Below, in pieces: positions 28,016 to 37,532 of a DNA stretch of 64,000 bases. The notes below the pieces were generated by a model, which searched no databases, was not told the origin of the DNA, and saw nothing but the letters and a program-made list of their open reading frames with translations. This stretch comes from Oligoflexia bacterium (GTDB taxonomy: Bacteria; Bdellovibrionota_G; JANQFH01), in NCBI GenBank assembly GCA_028277945.1, contig JANQFH010000008.1, positions 195,442 to 259,441 of the forward strand, written 5' to 3'. The position numbers and the translations under genes are program-made. Every line of letters begins with the position of its first letter. The stretch's first letter is position 1.

Positions 28016-28146
28016 AAGCAAGAGTTAGGCCAATGGGAATATCCAATATTTCAATACGTTGTAAATATATGATACTCGGAGACAGTGTGTCTGATATAAG
28101 ACATTCTGTTCACTATGAAGACAGTTTGTTTGTATTTCGAACAATA
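28016..28146. repeat. about 130-nt conserved intergenic element, copy 2
   Basis: See copy 1 (15903-16034). It lies upstream (minus-strand sense) of the cassette B operon. Confidence 0.7.
28017..28032 (-). promoter_or_regulatory. sigma-54-like -24/-12 motif inside repeat copy 2, facing cassette B operon
   Basis: Minus strand TGGCCTaactcTTGCT. GG at 28031-28030 and GC at 28019-18 are 10 nt apart. The -12 element is about 95 nt upstream of the short-ORF ATG at 27922. Confidence 0.5.
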
Positions 28147-28315
28147 GCCTCAGTAAGGATTGAGGTAGGTTAGGCTCCATTTTTTATTCCTAGGTAACCC
28201 ACTGAAAGTAAACAAAAGGTGCAGTTGACGCAACTTGGGTTGGCACCGATCTGATGCGGCGCGCCCTTATTTGATATATTCTTGTTATTTTCATATAGTT
28301 AGCGAACCTATCTTC

Positions 28316-28331
28316 TGGTACACTAGTTGCA
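28316..28331 (+). promoter_or_regulatory. sigma-54-type promoter upstream of pilin gene
   Basis: TGGTACactagTTGCA. GG at 28317-18 and GC at 28329-30 are 10 nt apart. It is immediately followed by a perfect 9-bp inverted repeat, AACTCCTAG(28331-39)..CTAGGAGTT(28351-59). About 170 nt upstream of ATG 28500. Confidence 0.5.
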
Positions 28332-28499
28332 ACTCCTAGAGAGTAGGGTACTAGGAGTTAATAGGGAACTAAAGTTACAAAAACCTCGGTATGAGGTTGC
28401 AATGTAACACGATAATGTATTAAAATTAAATTCTTAATTGAAAAAATAATACGTAACTTCTAGAGCTACGAACGTGTGTCATCAAAGGAGGGGGGCAAC

Positions 28500-29189
28500 A
28501 TGTTTCGCAACAAGGGTAGACGGTTTTCAAATAACGGCTTTTCTCTAACCGAGGTGATGATCTCGGTATCGATTGTTGGCATCCTCTCTGCTGTAGCCAT
28601 TCCTACGTATAAGAAACACTTCCGCCGCGCAAAAATCGCTGAGGCGCATCTGGGTTTGGCTGACCTACACAAATCCATGCAAGCGCACTTTCTCCAACAT
28701 CGTTGGTACAACGCCAATATAGATCAACTAACTAGTGACGCTAAGTTCACAGACTCAAAGTCACGGGCAATCTATGGGTTTAATGCAAACCAATATACTG
28801 GAGGTACATTCCCAACATGTAAAACCACCAACGAGGACTGCTTTACTACTCATGGGGAGGGTAATGATTTAAACGTAACTCCTGCGGATATCTTATTTGA
28901 ACGAGCCTGCCCCCAAGTGTCCTTCGGATCACTAGTAAAGTGTTCCTTTCCTATTCCGAGCTATGATCCTCGCAGCGGCGACCCTAAAGCCAGCGATTTT
29001 ACGTGGGGTCGACCAACCCGTTATGAAGCGCATGCAGTCATGGATATAGATAACGACGGCGAGTTGACAGTCTTTGGTGTTAATGAAACAGGTACGATTT
29101 TCCAGCTCTGTAATGATGGTGACAGTGTTGAAGTGGCTGGCAGTTATACTGGGGCACTTGCGGGAGATGTTATCTGTAGTAGACCCTAG
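28500..29189 (+). CDS. type IV pilin / pseudopilin-like protein
   Basis: Start at ATG 28500 behind AAGGAGGGGGG. Prepilin N-terminal motif ..NNGFSLTEVMISVSIVGILSAVAIPTY (G|FxLxE plus a hydrophobic helix). Confidence 0.8.
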   Translation: MFRNKGRRFSNNGFSLTEVMISVSIVGILSAVAIPTYKKHFRRAKIAEAHLGLADLHKSMQAHFLQHRWYNANIDQLTSDAKFTDSKSRAIYGFNANQYTGGTFPTCKTTNEDCFTTHGEGNDLNVTPADILFERACPQVSFGSLVKCSFPIPSYDPRSGDPKASDFTWGRPTRYEAHAVMDIDNDGELTVFGVNETGTIFQLCNDGDSVEVAGSYTGALAGDVICSRP

Positions 29190-29207
29190 TAGATCACCTT
29201 TAAGACT

Positions 29208-31196
29208 ATGCCCCGAAGATTTAACTATAACTTTTCTGGCTGGCTGAAGAAGTATTTCATTCCTCTTTTTATCTTCCTATTAAGCCTTACCACGGTCTTC
29301 AGCTTTTACCTTCTCAGTTCTCCCTCTGATCAAAAAACTGTCTTCAGCATTGTAGACCGCTCCCTCTACCACTCCTTTTTATTGCCAACAACTACCCAAG
29401 AGCTCTCTAGCAACGCCCCCATAACTATCGTCGCCATAGACGACGAAGATCTAGAGCGTTATGGCTCTTGGCCTTGGTCACGAGCGCTCTTAGCCAACGG
29501 TATCGAGGCGATTAATCGTTACGATCCAGCCCTGGTTGGGTTCTCTATCCTCATTGATCCTTTGCGCACGGTGGCCCCTTCAGAGAACGCAGCGCTATTC
29601 AAAGAACTCGCTGCCACTAAACACTTGGTTACTGCCTTTAACTTCAACTTCTCTCAACGCTTTCAAATAGGCACTGAAGAAGTCAGCTGGATCGCCAAGG
29701 CCGCTTTAGATGATCGACCAACTACAGAGGTCTCTGTCTTTCCCTATCAGCGTCCATTTAGCTTTCATGCTGCTGCACCTGAAGTCGTCAACGCCTCTGC
29801 CAACATGGGCTTTCTCAGCTACGCCAACTCTAAGGGACTTCTAGTCTACCCAACACTCTCTTACTTTGGCAGTCACTTCTACAAATCCTATCCGTTGGCA
29901 ATCGCGCAGAGTTTTAAACAGCAACAAACCCCAACAAAACTCTCCATCTTACGTAATAGAGAAGGTGTAGAGGGTTTGGAGTTTGGTAACCACACCCTGC
30001 CTACCCTTAACAACGGTACCATTCTATTGAGACCCTACAAGAAGCTCTCCCAAAGGAACGACCGTGCCTTTCCACAACTACGCTTTCGTGATCTTTTAGA
30101 AGGCAAAATACAACCGCACAAGTTGCGCGATAAGATCGTCCTGGTTGATCTAACTGCTTCAGGTTACTCACAGTCCTTCAACGTTCTCGATGGTGGTTTG
30201 GCCTCGAGACCAGTGATCCATGCCACTGCTGTGGCCAACCTGTTGCAAAACGACTTTATCCGTCGCGATGGGCGGGCCACGCTGCTAGAGACCCTATTGA
30301 TTCTCCTGGTAACCCTCTTGGTTTGGTGGTGCTCACGTAACCTCAAGGCAGTTACGGCAGTATTTGCCATCTGCCTTACGATTCCAGCTACCTTGCTCCT
30401 CATTGCATTAGCTGCGATCCACTTTGCCAACCTCTGGTTGCTGATCTCCTATCCATTAGCAGCACTGCTGATCTCCTTTCCCCTGCAGTTTGGCTACAAA
30501 CACTTTGTTGAAGATCGCCAGCGTCGCATAGTCGAGCGAGCACTCACAGGTTACACCTCAAAAACCGTGATGGACCGCTTGATTGAGAGAGGAGAGAGCT
30601 TTTTAACCTTAGGGGGTGAACGCCGTGATCTCACTATCTTGTTGTTCGATATCAAGGGTTTTACCCAACTATCCCACCGTCTGACCCCTGAAGAGACCTT
30701 TAAGCTGTTAAACCACATCTTTAAGCTTACGGATGAGATCATTATCGATCGCTTCAATGGAATGATTGATAAAAAGATGGGTGATGCTTGCATAGCTCTC
30801 TTTGGTCTTGATGGTGGCAAGGAGCATGCTCTGCATGCTGTGCAGGCAGCGCTGGCTATACAGGAGACTTTGTTTGAGCGCTTTGCTGAGCTCTCTCGCT
30901 TGGCTCACAAACAGGAGCTGGGTCCAGGTTGTATCCAGATCCGCGTTGGCATCACCACCGGTACCGTACTCCTTGGCAATGTCGGCTCTGAGCGACACAA
31001 GAACTTTACGGCCGTGGGTGAGATCGTCAACCAATGCCAACGCCTTGAGGCAGCTTGCAGTCTAGGTGAAGTGTTGATCAGTGAGGAGACCTACAGACGT
31101 TTAGGTGACCAAGTCAGGGTTGAGAAGAAGCAAGCACCCGGCAAACGAGAGGAAGAGTCTTATCTCGCTTACCGGGTACTGGGTTTAGCACATTAA
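29208..31196 (+). CDS. CHASE2 sensor domain-containing class III adenylate/guanylate cyclase
   Basis: N-terminal TM segment, then ITIVAIDDEDLERYGSWPWSRALLA (CHASE2-like). This is followed by three or more TM helices and a cyclase core RDLTILLFDIKGFTQLS .. KKMGDACIALFG .. RVGITTGTVLLGNVGS. Confidence 0.85.
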   Translation: MPRRFNYNFSGWLKKYFIPLFIFLLSLTTVFSFYLLSSPSDQKTVFSIVDRSLYHSFLLPTTTQELSSNAPITIVAIDDEDLERYGSWPWSRALLANGIEAINRYDPALVGFSILIDPLRTVAPSENAALFKELAATKHLVTAFNFNFSQRFQIGTEEVSWIAKAALDDRPTTEVSVFPYQRPFSFHAAAPEVVNASANMGFLSYANSKGLLVYPTLSYFGSHFYKSYPLAIAQSFKQQQTPTKLSILRNREGVEGLEFGNHTLPTLNNGTILLRPYKKLSQRNDRAFPQLRFRDLLEGKIQPHKLRDKIVLVDLTASGYSQSFNVLDGGLASRPVIHATAVANLLQNDFIRRDGRATLLETLLILLVTLLVWWCSRNLKAVTAVFAICLTIPATLLLIALAAIHFANLWLLISYPLAALLISFPLQFGYKHFVEDRQRRIVERALTGYTSKTVMDRLIERGESFLTLGGERRDLTILLFDIKGFTQLSHRLTPEETFKLLNHIFKLTDEIIIDRFNGMIDKKMGDACIALFGLDGGKEHALHAVQAALAIQETLFERFAELSRLAHKQELGPGCIQIRVGITTGTVLLGNVGSERHKNFTAVGEIVNQCQRLEAACSLGEVLISEETYRRLGDQVRVEKKQAPGKREEESYLAYRVLGLAH

Positions 31197-33940
31197 GGCA
31201 AATTGGGATCAATTGTAAACGTTCCCTGGGTGGTCTCCTCTAAGCCATTGTCATACAAGACCGTGGCGCTGACGTTAATTGGTTGGTCCTGCGCGGTGAT
31301 AGGTTGCGACACGTCACCAATAAGAGCACGGTTGTAGAGTTTAACGGTATGGGGTGAATTGGGCTGCAACATACCCTGGGTACCATCACCCCAATCAATG
31401 TTGACGCTGACAATATCAAGCGTTGGGTTAAGCAGTTCAGACATACTTGCATCCACAAAGAGCCACATTGGGTCTTTAAAAGGCACGGCTGAAGCGCGTA
31501 GGACAAAACCATTCTGAGGTGTTGATGGAGGAGGATCATCCGGTGGCTTGATCATTGCTTTGGTCACGAGGTAGCCAGGGCCACGTTTTCCATCGGCCAG
31601 GGAGTTTAATTCTAGGATGACCGTATCGCTGTCTGTGGCTGCATCCAGAGGTATAGTAACAGTGACTCCTTGTAGCTCGGTGTTTTTGTAGGTGTTGACA
31701 ACGGTTTCAATAGTACCGGTGGTGTCCAGCTTGATAATGGTGAGTGTGTCTTGATTGCCGGTATCGTCAAAGAAGAAGCGAGTTAGGTTATCAAAGGTGA
31801 GCATCATGCCCCCTGCAGCTGCAGCTCCAACCACGGTCTTTTTCTGTCTGAATTTATCCACCAAATCAGGGTAGGGACGTGGGGATTCAAGGTTGGACCC
31901 ATCATCTGCTGATTCAACAAAGCCTGGTGGGTTGGTAAAGCTGCCAACGCCTCGGGAAGCAAAGGCCTGTTGGATATCTTGGCTGTGCAGGCCACCAAAC
32001 ATCAGTTGATCAGTTGCTTGTAAGATGGTGGGAACATCGGGCAATCCATCCAATGAGGTGAAGCTAGCAACAGATTCTTGCATGATTAGGTAGGCTAAAT
32101 CGCCACGCATTTTGCTCCATTCCCAACCGGCAGAAGAACAAATCCGACTATCTTCGTGTTTTTCGCCAACAATGTCATCAGGAAAGGTAAGGGTGTTGTC
32201 GACGTTGCGGATGAACTGGAAACCAAAGTTCTTTGCATAGTACGGAGCAATTTCCGGGAATTTCAACATCAACGCAGAGTTTAGATCAGCAAAGCACTCG
32301 TCAATCAGCTCGTTGGCCGGGCCGCCAGTAAACGGGTAAATACCACCACCACGTACATGGTTAGCCCAGTGCTGCCACTCATGATATCCTACACTAGCGT
32401 CCCTCGATCCTTCAAACGAAGGACCGGCATCAAAGATTACCTTGCCAGTAATCGAATCATAAAAGTTTCCGAATGCACTCAAATTGATAGCCTCTGCTAG
32501 AGCGGCTCCTGGTAGGCCTGGGGGGTGGTCTAGAGGACCTGAGAATAAGTCGTCTAAGCTGAGGAGCTCAAAGGCATGTCCTTGGTCTGTGAGCCAACCG
32601 AGCACATTCACTTCAAGAGCGTGCAGTTTGTCAAGCGGAGAGCCAGCAGTCAAATAGCCGGTAAAATCGAGATCAGCTTCAAAAGCACGTTCAAACGGAG
32701 GCTCAACGATCGTTTTGACAAAATTGTTTTGTAGAAAACCCGTACCATCCACAAAGATCGGCTTGCCAAAATGAGTATGGTCTCCATCGGGATCTTGAAC
32801 ATCACCAATACCCACAGCCGCTATCAAAGGATTTTTCACTCCAAGAATGTCGCCATTTTCTGCATCAAAATATACTATCCGCTTGGTTTCTCTGTAGACT
32901 CGTTTACCATCATCGAGAGTTCTAGAATAGGCAAAGTCTGCATGTCTGCCGTTGTCTACGAAGTGTCCCTCTACCACAGCCTTGTCAACCACCTTGGGTG
33001 TAGTCTGAGCGGCATCTTTTTCTATTATGGCTCTGCCATCGTGAAGGATATTAGTATTAGCAACCTTGTCGGCATTGTAGGTAGTCTCTACGAGAATGCC
33101 CTTATCCATAATCTCGATGGATTCAATTTCCATCACGACGCCAACGGTTTTTGGAACACGTCTAGAGGTGTAATAGGTCTCTAACACATCGAGCTGTGCG
33201 CCTTGCCATCTGCTAATAATCTCTCGTTCACTCAACCACTCACTCGAGTCGACTGTTTCCTCAGGACGCGGGTTATCAAGCATTTGTATGGCTACTTGGG
33301 TAAGCGTGCCGGCGTTGGCTTGCCCGCTACCAACCAATTCAGTAGATCTCTGTCCACTAAAGAGATTTCCACCTGAGCTTTTTACCAAGGGTAGGGCCTT
33401 TTGCTCTCCTGGCTGTAGTGCCAATCGTTCAACGATCAACTTGGCGATCTCTTCAGGATCTTCTGGCTTCTCTATAGGAGGCTCATAGGCTGAGAAGAGC
33501 ACCTTCACCAGGCCACCAAAGACTGGCAGCTCTCCTAGCTTTTGTTTAAAGATAACCACGGTTGTGCGCTTTCCAGGCACGATTGTGGGGTCTTCTAGCT
33601 CATCGACACTTATTTCTAGCTCGGCGGCATTAGCCCGCAGAAACTCTAGGGCAAAGTCTTCGTAGTCTTCATTACTGTAGTGACTCTGACTACCCAATTG
33701 GTTGGCTAACGAGTGCCCTCGGATACCATAGACACGCTTAATACGGGTATAGTTAGGGTGGTTGGTATTTTCTTGCCAGGTCTCACCACTATATAATTGA
33801 TAGTAGCGAAGATCTTCAGAAGGCGCTGCAACCAGTTGTTGCTGGGTGACGACTCCCAAGAAAAGCAGTGGCAGGAGCAAACTCCCTGCCTTGACTAGAA
33901 AAGTTCTAGGACGACTGAGGCTCATGTCACTATCCTCCAT
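31193..33940 (-). CDS. large secreted metalloprotease-like protein (propeptide-like N-terminus, HExxH, C-terminal PKD-like domain)
   Basis: Signal peptide. FTP-propeptide-like ALEFLRANAAELEI..TTVVIFKQKLGELPVFGGLVKV. HExxH in GYHEWQHWANH. C-terminal IDWGDGTQG resembles a PKD repeat. Confidence 0.5.
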   Translation of the reverse strand: MEDSDMSLSRPRTFLVKAGSLLLPLLFLGVVTQQQLVAAPSEDLRYYQLYSGETWQENTNHPNYTRIKRVYGIRGHSLANQLGSQSHYSNEDYEDFALEFLRANAAELEISVDELEDPTIVPGKRTTVVIFKQKLGELPVFGGLVKVLFSAYEPPIEKPEDPEEIAKLIVERLALQPGEQKALPLVKSSGGNLFSGQRSTELVGSGQANAGTLTQVAIQMLDNPRPEETVDSSEWLSEREIISRWQGAQLDVLETYYTSRRVPKTVGVVMEIESIEIMDKGILVETTYNADKVANTNILHDGRAIIEKDAAQTTPKVVDKAVVEGHFVDNGRHADFAYSRTLDDGKRVYRETKRIVYFDAENGDILGVKNPLIAAVGIGDVQDPDGDHTHFGKPIFVDGTGFLQNNFVKTIVEPPFERAFEADLDFTGYLTAGSPLDKLHALEVNVLGWLTDQGHAFELLSLDDLFSGPLDHPPGLPGAALAEAINLSAFGNFYDSITGKVIFDAGPSFEGSRDASVGYHEWQHWANHVRGGGIYPFTGGPANELIDECFADLNSALMLKFPEIAPYYAKNFGFQFIRNVDNTLTFPDDIVGEKHEDSRICSSAGWEWSKMRGDLAYLIMQESVASFTSLDGLPDVPTILQATDQLMFGGLHSQDIQQAFASRGVGSFTNPPGFVESADDGSNLESPRPYPDLVDKFRQKKTVVGAAAAGGMMLTFDNLTRFFFDDTGNQDTLTIIKLDTTGTIETVVNTYKNTELQGVTVTIPLDAATDSDTVILELNSLADGKRGPGYLVTKAMIKPPDDPPPSTPQNGFVLRASAVPFKDPMWLFVDASMSELLNPTLDIVSVNIDWGDGTQGMLQPNSPHTVKLYNRALIGDVSQPITAQDQPINVSATVLYDNGLEETTQGTFTIDPNLP

Positions 33941-34453
33941 GCAGATTCACATTCTGTTCGCGCTATTGGGTTGCTCCCCACAACCATCACCACAACTTTG
34001 CGAACCTTACACCCGGTCGTGACTCTATTTAGTCTAGGTTGGCTATTGCTCTACAAGCCACACGACTGTCATCCCTCCTAAGTTGATGTCGAACAAACGA
34101 TGCGTTGTTGACAGCTTCGTGTCCACACCGGGATGAGTGCCCGTCTTTGGTACCCCCCAAAATGACGCACACTCGCCAGGGTGCTTAGCCCGCTTACTTA
34201 GTACACTTTGACCCACTTTGTCAATCCTGAAGACCTAACCCACTGTTTTTAAACAAAAATATTCAGAAAGCCACTATTGTTATCATCACGGTGACAAAGC
34301 TTATACCACACGGTATCAAAGTCTTAATTGATAGAGTGCCAGTAGAGTAGAGTAAGGAATAAAGCGTCTCTCGATCTCTTATCATCACGAGAGAAGAAAG
34401 AGGGCCTCCACTAATATAGATTTCGGAAATTGGTCTATTAAAAAGTGTGACTT

Positions 34454-35638
34454 ATGAATAAAGAAAAGACGATTAAGAGCTCTCTTTTCAATGGATTTTC
34501 TCTCCAGGCCTTTATCTCCTCCACTCCAAGCATTGTGACGGTTGCGATTATTCCATTTATCGTTAAACACCTCGGTTTAGCATATATATGGATCGGAGTT
34601 ATTTTTTTTCTATTACGAGTGGGTCTAATAAGCGGTCGGTTTATCGGTCCGTTCTTTCTAAAATGGCTAAAACCACATTACCTCTGTGCTATTTTTGAGC
34701 TAAAGAATTTTTTCTTGATTACCATTATCTGGTTTTATTTCGACAGGATACCTTCTTCCCTCTTTGCTATTCTTTGGCTGCTAAAAGGAATCATCATTGG
34801 AGCCATATCAACCCTGGTATTTTCTTGGCTGCGTCATCTATCCGACGTCAGTAAGACCAAGCGAACGTTAATTACGGTTATGGCTATTATACAGTCTAGC
34901 TATGGTGTAGCAGGAGTTATCATTCTTACTACAACTCCTGATATAAATCTTATCAAGAATATCTTGTTAATTGATGCGCTGTCATCCTGTGTAGGACTAG
35001 TTACATTTTTGAATCTTAGGCGTTTTCGGGCTAAGGACACAGGTCGTGGAAACGCATTCTCCATATTTAAATTTCCATTTCTCAATAGAGAACGCGTCAT
35101 TCTTCTTATTGTGGATATTTTGGTAGCGGCAGGTCTTGGCGGTGCAAATATTCTACTAGTGAAGTATGGTGAAATGTACTTTTCTACCATAGGCGGATAT
35201 GGCACGACGCTTGTCGTATATGCGATAGCTTTTCTAATCGTTGGCTTTCTATTTAATATAGAACAGTCAGATACAGATCTCATTATTCGTAGACTGACGA
35301 TGCTTTGCGTGCCTCTAATGTGGGCAGGGTTGGTTGTTTTGGCTATCGCATCAGATAAGTCTTTGTTAGGTATTGCTGGATTTTCACTAGTCTATTTAAA
35401 CTTACCTATTTTCTTTTTAAGAATACAGGCGAAATGGTTCACGTTAAGTACCCCTGAAGAAGCGGCTAAGATATTCGCTTACAGAAGTTTACTTGTAGAT
35501 GTTGTTAGTGCTGTCGGTGAAGTGGTCTACGGTAGTATTAAAGAAGATATTCTGATAAGAATTACTCTCTTAACTCTTGCTATTATTCTTGGAATTGCTT
35601 TCCGAAATATGATCTTTCCTCACACACAACAATCATGA
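34454..35638 (+). CDS. polytopic membrane protein, MFS-like transporter (convergent with cassette C)
   Basis: 10-12 hydrophobic helices over 394 aa. MFS motifs are weak, so the family assignment is tentative. Confidence 0.5.
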   Translation: MNKEKTIKSSLFNGFSLQAFISSTPSIVTVAIIPFIVKHLGLAYIWIGVIFFLLRVGLISGRFIGPFFLKWLKPHYLCAIFELKNFFLITIIWFYFDRIPSSLFAILWLLKGIIIGAISTLVFSWLRHLSDVSKTKRTLITVMAIIQSSYGVAGVIILTTTPDINLIKNILLIDALSSCVGLVTFLNLRRFRAKDTGRGNAFSIFKFPFLNRERVILLIVDILVAAGLGGANILLVKYGEMYFSTIGGYGTTLVVYAIAFLIVGFLFNIEQSDTDLIIRRLTMLCVPLMWAGLVVLAIASDKSLLGIAGFSLVYLNLPIFFLRIQAKWFTLSTPEEAAKIFAYRSLLVDVVSAVGEVVYGSIKEDILIRITLLTLAIILGIAFRNMIFPHTQQS

Positions 35639-35657
35639 AGAATGAGCTTTGTATAGC

Positions 35658-37532
35658 CTAGGCACTATATCTCGCCAGTGATGATTGATTGTTCAATTCG
35701 GGCATTACTAGTAGCGGCACAGTATTCGCCAGCATTTTAGGTAGTAATTTCACTTTCCACTTAGTACATAATTCTTGAATTTCCATTTCTTCAAAGCGAG
35801 AAGTTACAAGTATTGATTGTTGCTCCAGCCTGTATTCCTTGATCAAATCCAATCCGGTTTTTTTACTTCCTAGCAATTCATAGTCAAAAAGATAAATTGA
35901 TGGTCCCTGTTCTTTATGTTGTGCTAGATAGCTTGATGCATCGGTATAATTAGACAAATCAACTTGATTAATGGAATGTAGATATTTCAGCGGGCCAAGC
36001 CGGTTTGTCCACACGTGGTGGATAAATATATCGTCGTCAAGTACTACAAAGTCACTATTTGGCTTTATATGAATTTTTGGAACATACCAATTTGGTGGAG
36101 GAGCCTTGGGAACTATCATCTTCACATTCGTTCCCATGTTTTGCCGTGAGTCTATTGTTAGTTCTCCATGCCAACGTCCTAAGGAGCTCTTCGCATAGTA
36201 TAAGCCTAGTCCTAATCCATGTTTCTTGTTAGCAGTCACACCTCTCTCTGTCGCTTTTTTAAGCAGTTCCTCTGACATGCCGCATCCATTATCCGAGACT
36301 TCAATACAAAAATTGTCTCCGGAACAATTGCATAGTCGTATACTAACTTCACCATTATTTGGAATAGCTTCCACGGCGTTATTAATAAGGTTCGAGAGAA
36401 TTCTTTTGAACTCGACAATCTCGACCTTCGCAAAGATACTATAGGCTTCTTCCGTAAAAACTGTATTAATCTTTATATCCTTACGTCCTGAAAACTGAAT
36501 CCTCTTTTCGGACACAAGAGTTTCTATAAGCACGGCGATCTGCTGAGTACTTACACGTTCGAAGTGAGTGTTGTCTAAATGGCGGGCATCCTGATCTGAG
36601 TAATAGGTATTGTCATTCCAAAGTAGCTGACGATGCTTTTCTACTAAGCTATTAGCAATATCCTGAATACGTGTGGCCGCTTGTCGCAAAAGAACACGTT
36701 GTTCTTCAGGGATATCACTAGAAGACTTGCCCAACATCTGCAAAGCAGTCAACGGTGATCTGATATCATGGGCCACTCTTGAGGCAATCTCGCCCATTGC
36801 GGCCTTCTTTGTTGCTCGTACTAGAACAGCTTGGGCTGTTTCTAATTCTTTTACCAATTTTCGAGTATTTTTGTATAATTCATTAATCTCCTTTATGTTT
36901 GAAAATCGTACTTCTTGAGAATTCTCAAATAGAGACCTTAGTCCATGTTGCGAAAGTCGTCTAGATAGATGCACTATCGGCCAAGTAATTTTTTTTCCTA
37001 TAACCCCTCCTATCCAGACGAATATAATAAATAGGGAAACAAGGGCTATTACGAGCACTACTAACGCTCGATAAACAGATCGTGATAATAGTTGTTGTGA
37101 AAAAACAATCTGGATCGTTGCTGCCATTTCTTTGCTAGTTTGATCAAAGTAGACATGAGAGGTAATAACTTCAGTTGAGGAGATTCCCTCACGTTTGGTG
37201 GTACTGCAGATTGAAAAATTTTGACTGTCAACAACACTTATACCCAAAATTGACCGGTCACGTAAAAGTATTTTACATTTTCTGTAGACTTCCGCATGGG
37301 CTCCTATAAGAAGACTGTGGCTTATGTCCTCGGTAAAGATGTTTACGATAGATTGGAACTTTGCTTGAAGCTCCTCCTCTGCACTCTTCTTTATCAAGTA
37401 GAGTGCCAATGCCCCACTAAGTACGACAGTTGCCGCCGTTATGACGGCTGAGGGAACGAACATAGCCCTGCCTAATGTCCACCTAAATCTCATTGTCTTT
37501 AGCCCACTGTAGTCGGTAGAGAGGAAAGTCAA
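35658..37532 (-). CDS. hybrid sensor histidine kinase (cassette C)
   Basis: Two TM segments. H-box VAHDIRSPLTAL. N-box NLINNAVEAI. G-boxes DNGCGM and HGLGLGL. Receiver-like C-terminus (FVVLDDD .. IYLFDYEL .. ILVTSR .. LPK). The start could be MRFRW (37493). Confidence 0.85.
   Translation of the reverse strand: MTFLSTDYSGLKTMRFRWTLGRAMFVPSAVITAATVVLSGALALYLIKKSAEEELQAKFQSIVNIFTEDISHSLLIGAHAEVYRKCKILLRDRSILGISVVDSQNFSICSTTKREGISSTEVITSHVYFDQTSKEMAATIQIVFSQQLLSRSVYRALVVLVIALVSLFIIFVWIGGVIGKKITWPIVHLSRRLSQHGLRSLFENSQEVRFSNIKEINELYKNTRKLVKELETAQAVLVRATKKAAMGEIASRVAHDIRSPLTALQMLGKSSSDIPEEQRVLLRQAATRIQDIANSLVEKHRQLLWNDNTYYSDQDARHLDNTHFERVSTQQIAVLIETLVSEKRIQFSGRKDIKINTVFTEEAYSIFAKVEIVEFKRILSNLINNAVEAIPNNGEVSIRLCNCSGDNFCIEVSDNGCGMSEELLKKATERGVTANKKHGLGLGLYYAKSSLGRWHGELTIDSRQNMGTNVKMIVPKAPPPNWYVPKIHIKPNSDFVVLDDDIFIHHVWTNRLGPLKYLHSINQVDLSNYTDASSYLAQHKEQGPSIYLFDYELLGSKKTGLDLIKEYRLEQQSILVTSRFEEMEIQELCTKWKVKLLPKMLANTVPLLVMPELNNQSSLARYSA

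Noticed and set aside
27916-28173. 85-aa plus-strand ORF over repeat copy 2, and the 70-aa minus-strand ORF 15858..16070 over copy 1
   Set aside because: The two copies of the conserved element are covered by ORFs on opposite strands and in different frames. The conservation is therefore at the DNA level and is not protein-coding.
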